Source of the DNA: a virus
Taxonomy: Duplodnaviria > Caudoviricetes
Strand: one strand, 5' to 3'
DNA length: 41,990 nt
IMG/VR virus record: IMGVR_UViG_3300033153_007479
Location: 1-41,990 of that record
Part shown: in pieces, positions 28,201-35,442 of the stretch
How positions within the stretch are numbered: position 1 is the stretch's first letter
Layout of the letters: each line of letters opens with the position of its first letter
The notes under the pieces: generated by a model
Seen by the model: only the letters and a program-made list of their open reading frames with translations
Databases searched by the model: none
Told to the model about the DNA's origin: nothing
Made by a program: the position numbers and the translations under genes

Positions 28201-31200
28201 GGTAAGCAGTGGAACAGATTAACCAGCATGTTCGACCGCCACGCCGACAAAGACACCGAGACCGGCAAGGCCATTCAGCGTGCTAAGGATCGGGTTCCGG
28301 CAAGTACCCAGGCAGCCAATGTAGTCGAAGAAGAGTTGATGTATTTCCTCACAGACCAGGCAAATGTAAACCTACCACTCTACAAAAGGATTTACAGCTA
28401 CATTAAACGAGCATTGGTCAAACTTGGCTTACCAACAACAATATTGAACCCGAACGATATAAAGCTGATGGTTCAGGGTCATCTTGATGCTATGGCTCGA
28501 ATGGGTGAGCGGGCGGGTAGGCAAGCAGCACCGCGGCCGACTAAGGATGTTCGGCAGGCTATGAAATCCATGGCAGCACAATTAGGAGTAACAGTTCAGC
28601 AACTTCAAAGGGAATTCGACGCAACTAAAAAGAAGTTAGGCGACAAGATAAGCATTGCACCCAACGGCAAAAAGTCAAACCTTAACGATTATCTTTTTAT
28701 CATGACTCGAACTCCGAGGTTTACGGAATGGTTTGGTGATTTTGTTAATGATCCGGCTGGAGCGAGCAAAGTTGTTGATTCTAATGGCGATCCTTTGGTG
28801 GTTTATCATTGGTCACTGGGTGATTTTTCGGAATTCAAAACAATCACGGACAAAAACGAATTAGGTGCCCATTTTGGAAGCATATCGGCCGCAGAAGATC
28901 GATCAGGCAGTGTCTATAAACCATATCTTTCCCAAGAAAAAATATTCCCGACATTTATCAGGATCAAAAAACCAATCTATGCCAATGATCAAGGGTCATG
29001 GCATTTCAACAAATTCGCTAAAATTATTCCCAAAAATATATCGAAAGACTTTAGGGCTATCGAGAAAAATAATTCTTCCAAAATAATATCGATATGGAAA
29101 AACAGGAAATTAAAACTTGAAGAGAAAGAAAAAGCTGAAAAAGTGATCAATTGGCAGTCTATTAGGGAATTGAAAAAACTATTTGCTAACGCAGGCATAG
29201 ATGGCGTCATATATCATAACGAGCACGAGGGTCATGATAATAGTTATTCGGTTTTTGAACCAACCCAAATCAAAAGCATCTACAACCCAGGCGCATTTGA
29301 CCCGACCGAAGCCGACATAATGAAATCAGGAACAGCCCCGGAATGGTACAGCCGATTAGCCAACCTCGTGAAAGATTTCAACGTCAAGAAGCAACCGGCA
29401 ACCGCTTGGGTAAATACGTTCAATTCCTGGAAGAAAAAGAAGCTCCCTCCTGCCCTGCAAGAAGAGCTTGAATGGACGGGGATACTTGATATTTTAAAGG
29501 GCATGGGTAAGCAGAAAGTAACTAAGGGTGAAGTTCTGGACATGCTTGAAAGTGGTGGTGTTCGGGTTGAAACGAAGCGTAATGAAGAATTACCACCAGT
29601 TAAGAGATGGTATATTAAATATGGCGATGAATTGAGCACACATTATAGTTCCTCTTATGATACTGAGAATGAAGCACGGAAAGTTCTCAAGGAATACGAG
29701 GAAGAGGGTGAATTCTTTATTGACCCTGACTGGACAGAAGAAGAAGCGAGAGAGGCGTTTGAAGAAGAGTTTCAAGAAGATAAAGAAGATGCTGTTGTTG
29801 TATCTTTCTTGGAGACAGAAACCGGGGAGGATTATATAGAATGGGAAGATCAAGAACAATACTCCGACAACACCCTACCCAACGGCGAAAACTACCGAGA
29901 GATATTAATCAGCTTGCCCAAAGTACCAGGCGAAGACTACACGCCAACCCATTTCAGCGACACCAAGAACCTCCTTGTCCACGTTCGGGTAGATGAACGG
30001 CAGACCGAGGACGGGGATAGTGTGTTGTTTGTCAATGAGGTTCAGTCGGATTATGCTAAGGATGCTCGGGAGAAGAAGTTAGATTCCATACCGGAGGCAG
30101 TAAAGCTGAAAGAGTCCATTCTGGTTTTACAAAAAAAGATAGATGATCTTAAAAAAGACGACGATTACAACCGGGTGGATGGAGGGTGGGGGGCATTAAC
30201 ACAAGAAGTACGACTAAACTCTGAAGTTGAGCAAGATGTAGATAATTTAACAACAGAACTAAACAAACTAAAAACAAAATGGTTGGAGTTTCTCCCAGAC
30301 GCACCATTCATCAAGTCTGACACAGCATGGTCAATGTTAGGCACGAAGAAAGCCATAACCGAAGCGGTGAACTCCGGGCAGGATTACCTTGCATGGCCTG
30401 CAACCCCAGAACAGGTTTACGAGATTGAGCAGTGGGGCGAAGTGATTGAAGAGAAAGACGAGAAAACCGGACAAACCAGGTACAAAAACCAAGACGGCAC
30501 CGGAGATGTAACAGCCATTGTCAATCGTTACCTGAAAGACATACCCCGGAACATGAACCGGTTCCTCAAGTCCCAGATGAAAATCAAGCAGAAGGTGGGC
30601 AGAGGAACGCTTGATGACGGTCAGTATGTCAATATGATCGAGATTACCCCGGAGATTAAGGCCAAGGTTGCCGGGCAGGGTATGCCGTTGTTCTCCTATG
30701 CAGGCAAGCAAGCAGAAACAGCCGACAAATCAGCCCTTGCCCGTGCGGTAAAGATGGAACAGGCCGGAGTTGATACCGAGCAGATCCGGCAGGAAACCGG
30801 TTGGTTCATGAACGAAATGGATAAGAAGTGGCGGTTTGAGATTGGAGACGAGGGTGCAAAATTACTTCACGGTAGTAAAGGAAAATTAAAATCAGGAGGA
30901 ACGTACAATTTAAGTGATGTTTTCTTTCACAAAGAATTGTTTGACGCATATCCAGAATTAAAAAACACTGTCATTGAATATGACGCAAAAAACAAAGGTG
31001 ATGCCTCTTATTATAAAAGCGGTGGGAATCATTACATATACGTGAACAAAAAAGGGATTAACGCAGAAACTATTTTGCACGAAATCCAGCACTCCATCCA
31101 AAGGATTGAAGGTTTTGGCCGGGGTGGTTCTCCAGCAGAGTTTACCCAACAACGAGATGCAAAGTTGGCAAGAGATGCCCTCTCGTGGGCAAGAGAGATA

Positions 31201-34200
31201 AAAAAAGAACTGAAAAAGCTCGACACAAAAAGCACAGCACAAGCAAGATCGTCTATCAGTCTACGCTATATGGAAAATGATATTGTTGACTGGCTACCAT
31301 CCATAGAGGCAATGAATCTTGGGGAACATCCCCACACGCTTTACCCGGATAAATACCCAAAAGAGTTGGGAGGAAAGGCAGACCTCAAAGAGCTTGTGAA
31401 ACTGTATCGTCTTGACGTAAAAGTTGATCCACAGTCTGGGTTAAGAATGTATGAATCCCTTGCAGGCGAAATAGAAGCCAGAGACACAGCAGGCCGCCGC
31501 AAATTAACACCAAAGCAGCGCAAAGCCACAACCCCATACGTTGCCCAGGGCATCCCGAAAGAGGACGCGATTGTTCGCTTTGACGGTGAGGTTGCGCAAA
31601 GTGTTTCAGCAACCGACCAAGCCTACATGCAAGCGGTAGAGTCCGGCGATATGGAGACTGCGCAGCGCATGGTGGATAAGGCTGCTAAGGCCGCTGGGTA
31701 TGATATGTTATCATATCATGGGACATCGACCGAGTGGAATACTTTTGATATGGACAAAGCTGGAACCGTACAGACCCAAGACTTTGGAAAAGGAATTTAT
31801 TTAACTCCACCAGGACGGGTTGACGATACTAAAATGTACGCACGAACGGCAGCAGAAAGAACCGGCGAAAAAGGTAGAATCATTCCATTATATGTAAAAA
31901 TAAACAACCCTATTTATGGTAACAGCTGGGCAGATGAAGGAAGCAACCTGACACTGTCAGCAATGCAACGTGGGAAAGACGGGGTAATAATTAAGCATGG
32001 ATCGCAGCACGAACAAGCAGGAGAGGTGGTAGAAGTAATAGCACTCAACCCCAACCAAATCAAATCGGCAGAAGCAGTAACCAAAGACGACCAAGGCAAT
32101 GTAATCCCTCTTTCGGAACGGTTCCAATCAGATCAACAGGATATCCGCTTTTCGGTAGGCACCGGCTCAAAAACGATTAAATTAAAATCAGGTTCAACGA
32201 CTGTCACCGTATATCAAAACCCAGACTCATTGTCTTACCAGACAATATCGGCAGAATTTAAAGAGCGTTACCCTTATGCTCAAAAAGGTACACCCAAGTA
32301 CAGGTCAACAGAGGACGCAGAAGGAAACACCTATTTATGGGCCGCAGAATCGGCAATGCACAGTACAGTTGAGGAACATCTTTTTGACAATTATGGTATC
32401 ATCTCCAACCAGGCTGGTGATTTTAACCTTGCAATGGATAGGAATGGATGGACAGCAGAGCAAGCTGTAAAAAATAAAACTGAGGTAGGCAGCAAGGAAT
32501 CCATCATGTTCTCAGTAGGAACCGAATCCGCCCCACAGCAACGCCAGCGACTCAACACAACCAACCTGAATGCAACCAAAGGCAGGCAGACCTCAGTATC
32601 AACGGCAACCACAGGGCGTGAAGCATTAAAGGAAATCAGCGAGCCATTCAAAAAGCTCGACAAAGACGGTCACCTAACCAAAGGCACAGCAGCAACAGCA
32701 TGGACAGCCCGTGTAAAGGAAACCGCTTCTTGGCTTGCAAGAGAGATAACCGGGCAAGCAGAACCCGCCCCGGAGACCGGCGCACAGAAGGCACGCCGTC
32801 GCAGACAGGAAAAGAAGATCAAGGGCAGAGCAAAGGAGGCAATCAGCGCAGTAGAAAACTCTATCTTGTCATGGGAGTTTATCCTGAACAAGATCACCGC
32901 TGCATCAGGTAAGGGAACGCTGAAATCAAAAGCGGTTACCTACCTTGGAAGCATTGCCCATGCCGGTAAGAGAAACAAAGAACAGTATGACCGGGAGTCT
33001 ATGGACGCTTTTCAAGCCAAGGCCGCTGAGATATTCGGCATCCCGCAGGAGACCGGAAAAGTCAAAAGAGCATTGGGAGCCTTCAATAAACTGACTAAAA
33101 AACTCGAATCATTCAGCCGGAACCAGCAGGATATCCGGGCAGGGAAAGAAATCTACACCATAACTCCTGTTCAGGCCGCCTACTGGCAGCAGGTACGCAA
33201 AGATCAAGACAGCGCCAAATTGTTCCGTGATATGGGTTTTACTGAGCAAACATGGAAAGACATTGATACCATGGTGCCGAAAGATCTCAAGGAATGGTCT
33301 GACTGGCTGAATGATTCCTTTGTTGCCAATGCCAACACCGCCGAGGGGAAGGAAGAAAGAAGCATCAAAGGTGTAACTCCTGCTAACAAGGGACTTGACT
33401 GGAAAATAAAAGGTCAACTTGATATCCCGGCAATGAGCCTGCACGATGCAGCGCTAAACAGAGTTTTAACCTCAAACCATAGCCGGGCATGGGCAGCACC
33501 GAGTAAACTCTTTAATGACCTGTTCAGCGACCCAACAATCAAAGGTTACGTTGAGCAGCACCATGGGCAATCAACCGGCAAAGCAATCAAGCATTTTCTT
33601 GAAGATTTCCAGAAAGCTCCCCATGAACTCGCAGGTGATGTAAAAGTCTTGGATAGACTCCGGGCAAATGTTGTCACGGCAATGATTGGAGCCAACCCGA
33701 CAACCTTCTTTAAGCAGTTGACATCGATCCCGGCCTATGCAGCAGATATTCCGACAGCAGATTTTATAAAAAACTTTGCGTGGGGAACCAGCCATCCGAA
33801 AGCAGTTATACAGATGTTGAAAGACTCCGGCATGGCTAAAGATCGGTTTGGCAAGGGTTACGAGAGAGACATAAGGGATATATCAAAAACAACGTCCGAG
33901 CAGATGGTGGGCGGGGTGAAGTCAGTTAAAGATATCCTCATGATGGGAACCAAACTTGGTGACATGATGGCCGTGGCCGGGGGCGTGACTGTTTACAAAT
34001 ATTGGTATGACAAATCAATCAAGGAAGGGAAAAACAAAAAACAGTCGAAAGAAATAGCCACAGAACGGTTTGAAATGGCAACAGAACGAACTCAGCAATC
34101 TGGGCAAATGTCAGATATTGGATGGGTTCAGCGGCACAGCTCCATGTACAAATTGTTTACCATGTTTCTTACAGCCCCGGCAGCATATACCCGACAGACA

Positions 34201-34863
34201 ACGGCAGCTATCAGAGGGTTCAAAGACGATCCCAAGGATTCAGCAAAGCGGTTATTACTCTTCAATGTCATGTTGCCGATGATGTTCCAGGCCGTTGCAT
34301 CCGGTATGGTCGGAGCCCTTGGAGACGATGAAGAAGAAAAAGACGATTTCTGGGCAAAAGAATTACGAGCGGTTGCAATGGGGCCGTTCCTTGGAATTCC
34401 GATCATGCGCGACTTGGCCTCCGGGATTTGGGAATCAGCAAATGGGAAATGGTACGGTTCTGATATTTCTCACAGCCCGGTAACCGAGGTCGGAAAATCT
34501 TTAACTCAGGCGATTTATGCAGGTTCCAGAGGTTTAGCGACCGGCGACCCGGCAGCCATCAAACGAGCAGAAAGAGACTTCACGCACTTTGTCGGCTACA
34601 TGGCCGGGTTACCAACAAAACCAATGCAGAGACTTATGGAAGGCTGGGAAGATCTTTTTAAAGGCGAGACCGAACATGAGTTGTTAGCAGCCAGTGGTTA
34701 CAGCCGGGCAGCACGTAACGAGCGAAAGAAGAAAAAGAAACTTTCCCCAGGGCAAGAACGAGTTATGAAGCGGCTTAGAAAGCGCCTTGCCCGTGCGAAA
34801 GATATTGGTAACCGGACGGCTGAACGGCGGATACGACGCAGGATGTATGATATTACTGGTTGA
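22255..34863 (+). CDS. Giant polyvalent ejected protein (4202 aa): glycine-rich TM region, four ART-like domains, two HExxH zincin domains, LPD23-like domain
   Basis: YHTT..GVHFG, WHGT..GLYFT, YHWS..GAHFG and YHGT..GIYLT modules; LLHETGH and ILHEIQH..GEIEAR; IRQETGWF..DKKWRFEI; LFVNEVQSD. Confidence 0.85.
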   Translation: MEWDREKAAKAYMNTGNQGAPQDVTAIRPKDTRSTATGEVKKYDSSRDPVSGGRLQYVDTTQGSTQQMVTGIQNFRLNEPKPVVPVTETEITPQQPAPHAARGLFGDVWSGFARGVAKAVERGGRGLQVADLDYADDEGFFDVTGKKIQQFGEKLGKAESIQADEAQQTGTEGLAKRTAITAAESTPGSLLPIAGAGAGAIAGGKAGAVIGSIVAPGVGTAIGGGIGGVVGGALGLLAPLLLTFGGGTYQESRERAAEHLHKTQPNLTADQVDEQSHEYGMKHAEYEVLTEALGDVVAMATFGSGKLLFNLGKAGVKQTVKSTLALGPKEFAKKFAKAYVTDMPFEAGSEMVAYYGQSKADVDIGLGEGATMEGYLEAAATAAWMSGGMGLGIQGYSTVKANRLANQLNDTNNQKGRQDAANEIASGIQDEKVQRQWHEEASKAIAQGDVIDLSEELVTFAAQEREAEQQPVDEQGRGIPDGGETWYSSDDLAAVTAMPDTFQMDEREAREYTRLANVLPADRTPEEQSWFNQVQQRQGEKLPEGLMETYQPEVPISPKQQRKQALDKVSSFMAGVEAKPEMEKIPYGTTPEVDYISDENAKKFNQQRNEQRAEAQRAEEQKEYESLEQQAVDEEIPAEIMKGIKQQAEADHRESNPVVAKMTEAIKGEGGGINSALAREIFGVDTINPLIKQRPGLFTTTGRAPDDMAKSLGYADARDMIADFQAAPTLQQEKNRIVKEGMEQHYIATQQEREYTASQVKQAAARKQIESDQQAVDEVADFDIEELQHYKASIEANPGNYQNEKQVLDAISKRIPELRRQARKEKADRRKVKKGIVKRKARLKKLSGMLRRAKRVQTRAAIRAEREKSNQAVQEKAHQAKAAAEQAAENLEQEQAAVDKFDKEIKQGEQAQKESPILKIEGAQGNGYLRESGVKVALKGKGLSEKDYNIEKNEAGRFIGVHKSVAEKQAPIEEAPKPNDEDAIPQPKTWFSLGRLVADAIPSVSTLKPSAAELKIAANNLGISVAAARKALDFSNFGNPGEDKGFGIFPTVTGKHSVIYPQALKPTADAERGAPAAVSPHKEPSIDIGKSFYHTTDYSEFDTEVSQLGVHFGSKEQASSLRADSDKTGYQYIVEVNLDLKNPLRMVDKGHWDAVQLLDALGVSEAVKKEVTHDKNGKSRSTKEKMSRAKDIAKARGYDGIVYLNRSELAKAKSGVEGHMKSDITDAEFIEMTTGAEDSYIAFDSGQIKEVGRVDLRKRPSAPPKKPPTDTDQAAAAEEPSKKPKKGTVSKAADIRKEQPDVKEVRRNLDPYGSGKKFQEIRKNVETHTTLTSQKDTDNLPGSTESLMAHAAEVQQEFKDTEASVVENKNQLAELFDRDEQKRKVVKVTINGQEYKIKRPKRGNRTITTEEGKTELEKLENEFEARGLYSWSPSQGVVLNIQAVRAGKADVLKFGAKTLEGAAEEHVNLMIDFAKVSIRREVAREKIKDDILPLLKDNGRDMSWRDTGKGAIFSVSRGRAKKEFSGATEEEQKSIADELKVLRKETVKGKTFKKKVGRVSAGVSVTKALAESARDSETAAAIQEIEDLAGEGIKFSEQATANQLPANQQANVSQELESTKLGKRGVQNLVRKGLLKIVDAATADSIIADFKAGRVRLQKAWHGTPHDVDKFRMDKIGTGEGAQAFGHGLYFTDERSIAEYYQKVLSGDSITIDGKPLTQKLLGSYGDSEGGFIWGWIERNGHYLDDSAGKFSTILDNDVYDAQEDFKEAEADGDYSPATLQNIKNRRDSLLTLQESLDYQKNTGNLYQVDLAPKQDEYLLWDKPLSEQSDLVQEALSVEVDKRVPAGIQEKIKRFKGQYHTEKDKPLYWTGEQWYYGISNDFDSNQQQQASEHLLSLGIKGIKYPAGTLSGVDSDKSNYVIFDESDVKIEIRYAKDGSGIIEGFLLPNSNTVHMVQGNIKKGESYSTLLHETGHQFLPKTFTGKQWNRLTSMFDRHADKDTETGKAIQRAKDRVPASTQAANVVEEELMYFLTDQANVNLPLYKRIYSYIKRALVKLGLPTTILNPNDIKLMVQGHLDAMARMGERAGRQAAPRPTKDVRQAMKSMAAQLGVTVQQLQREFDATKKKLGDKISIAPNGKKSNLNDYLFIMTRTPRFTEWFGDFVNDPAGASKVVDSNGDPLVVYHWSLGDFSEFKTITDKNELGAHFGSISAAEDRSGSVYKPYLSQEKIFPTFIRIKKPIYANDQGSWHFNKFAKIIPKNISKDFRAIEKNNSSKIISIWKNRKLKLEEKEKAEKVINWQSIRELKKLFANAGIDGVIYHNEHEGHDNSYSVFEPTQIKSIYNPGAFDPTEADIMKSGTAPEWYSRLANLVKDFNVKKQPATAWVNTFNSWKKKKLPPALQEELEWTGILDILKGMGKQKVTKGEVLDMLESGGVRVETKRNEELPPVKRWYIKYGDELSTHYSSSYDTENEARKVLKEYEEEGEFFIDPDWTEEEAREAFEEEFQEDKEDAVVVSFLETETGEDYIEWEDQEQYSDNTLPNGENYREILISLPKVPGEDYTPTHFSDTKNLLVHVRVDERQTEDGDSVLFVNEVQSDYAKDAREKKLDSIPEAVKLKESILVLQKKIDDLKKDDDYNRVDGGWGALTQEVRLNSEVEQDVDNLTTELNKLKTKWLEFLPDAPFIKSDTAWSMLGTKKAITEAVNSGQDYLAWPATPEQVYEIEQWGEVIEEKDEKTGQTRYKNQDGTGDVTAIVNRYLKDIPRNMNRFLKSQMKIKQKVGRGTLDDGQYVNMIEITPEIKAKVAGQGMPLFSYAGKQAETADKSALARAVKMEQAGVDTEQIRQETGWFMNEMDKKWRFEIGDEGAKLLHGSKGKLKSGGTYNLSDVFFHKELFDAYPELKNTVIEYDAKNKGDASYYKSGGNHYIYVNKKGINAETILHEIQHSIQRIEGFGRGGSPAEFTQQRDAKLARDALSWAREIKKELKKLDTKSTAQARSSISLRYMENDIVDWLPSIEAMNLGEHPHTLYPDKYPKELGGKADLKELVKLYRLDVKVDPQSGLRMYESLAGEIEARDTAGRRKLTPKQRKATTPYVAQGIPKEDAIVRFDGEVAQSVSATDQAYMQAVESGDMETAQRMVDKAAKAAGYDMLSYHGTSTEWNTFDMDKAGTVQTQDFGKGIYLTPPGRVDDTKMYARTAAERTGEKGRIIPLYVKINNPIYGNSWADEGSNLTLSAMQRGKDGVIIKHGSQHEQAGEVVEVIALNPNQIKSAEAVTKDDQGNVIPLSERFQSDQQDIRFSVGTGSKTIKLKSGSTTVTVYQNPDSLSYQTISAEFKERYPYAQKGTPKYRSTEDAEGNTYLWAAESAMHSTVEEHLFDNYGIISNQAGDFNLAMDRNGWTAEQAVKNKTEVGSKESIMFSVGTESAPQQRQRLNTTNLNATKGRQTSVSTATTGREALKEISEPFKKLDKDGHLTKGTAATAWTARVKETASWLAREITGQAEPAPETGAQKARRRRQEKKIKGRAKEAISAVENSILSWEFILNKITAASGKGTLKSKAVTYLGSIAHAGKRNKEQYDRESMDAFQAKAAEIFGIPQETGKVKRALGAFNKLTKKLESFSRNQQDIRAGKEIYTITPVQAAYWQQVRKDQDSAKLFRDMGFTEQTWKDIDTMVPKDLKEWSDWLNDSFVANANTAEGKEERSIKGVTPANKGLDWKIKGQLDIPAMSLHDAALNRVLTSNHSRAWAAPSKLFNDLFSDPTIKGYVEQHHGQSTGKAIKHFLEDFQKAPHELAGDVKVLDRLRANVVTAMIGANPTTFFKQLTSIPAYAADIPTADFIKNFAWGTSHPKAVIQMLKDSGMAKDRFGKGYERDIRDISKTTSEQMVGGVKSVKDILMMGTKLGDMMAVAGGVTVYKYWYDKSIKEGKNKKQSKEIATERFEMATERTQQSGQMSDIGWVQRHSSMYKLFTMFLTAPAAYTRQTTAAIRGFKDDPKDSAKRLLLFNVMLPMMFQAVASGMVGALGDDEEEKDDFWAKELRAVAMGPFLGIPIMRDLASGIWESANGKWYGSDISHSPVTEVGKSLTQAIYAGSRGLATGDPAAIKRAERDFTHFVGYMAGLPTKPMQRLMEGWEDLFKGETEHELLAASGYSRAARNERKKKKKLSPGQERVMKRLRKRLARAKDIGNRTAERRIRRRMYDITG

Positions 34864-34866
34864 TTC

Positions 34867-34900
34867 TTGACAATTTTGTCATAAAGTGATTATGTACAAT
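34867..34900 (+). promoter_or_regulatory. Promoter-like region with a palindrome overlapping the -35 box
   Basis: TTGACA at 34867 overlaps TGACAATTTTGTCA; TACAAT at 34895 is 8 nt before the tRNA-like RNA; box spacing is non-canonical. Confidence 0.45.
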
Positions 34901-34908
34901 AACATAAT

Positions 34909-34975
34909 TGGCGTGTAGCTCAGTGGTCGAGAGCTGAATTTAAGAGCGTGGGTTCGATTCCCACTGCGCCAACCA
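34909..34975 (+). ncRNA. tRNA-like RNA (67 nt) lacking an anticodon arm
   Basis: Acceptor TGGCGTG/TGCGCCA, D arm GCTC/GAGC, T arm GTGGG-TTCGATT-CCCAC, 3' ACCA; only 13 nt between D and T arms. Confidence 0.8.
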
Positions 34976-34995
34976 CTCCAACATAGGTAAAAACT

Positions 34996-35442
34996 ATGCC
35001 TTTATTTTCAACAACCGCCACAATTGCCCTGCCTGGATATGATGGCGATATGGTTAATGCCCTAACCGCCAATGAATCGGGATATATTGCAAAAAGTGAT
35101 ACAAGGCCGGTAACAGTTTACATGGGCGCGGATGGCAGTACGCTTGACGACGATGGCCTGCCAACTCCACGCGAAGATATAACTGGGTGGTTACTGTATG
35201 TTGCTTTTTATTCCGGGGAAACTTGTGCAGCCGTTGATTTAATTCTGGAATCAATCATATCGCCCCAAGATGCCGTAAACGGCATCTTCTCCGGGGATAT
35301 ATCAGATGACGAAACATTCTCGCTGCCAATTGGAGAAATATACGTTTCAATTTTTACTATCAATAACAGCGGGCAGAAAGAAATATTTGACATGGCTCAA
35401 ATTGAGATTACTCCTTGCGGATCTGACCGGAGGGCGCAGTAA
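34996..35442 (+). CDS. BppU-like fibre adaptor protein
   Basis: DITGWLLYVAF...DAVNGIF...DETFSLPIGEIY pattern preceding fibre genes. Confidence 0.55.
   Translation: MPLFSTTATIALPGYDGDMVNALTANESGYIAKSDTRPVTVYMGADGSTLDDDGLPTPREDITGWLLYVAFYSGETCAAVDLILESIISPQDAVNGIFSGDISDDETFSLPIGEIYVSIFTINNSGQKEIFDMAQIEITPCGSDRRAQ

Noticed and set aside
22500-34500. Many short reverse-strand ORFs in the giant gene
   Set aside because: Shadows of the uninterrupted 4202-aa frame
34909-34975. Functional decoding or suppressor tRNA
   Set aside because: No anticodon stem can form; genes end with all three standard stop codons, so there is no sign of recoding
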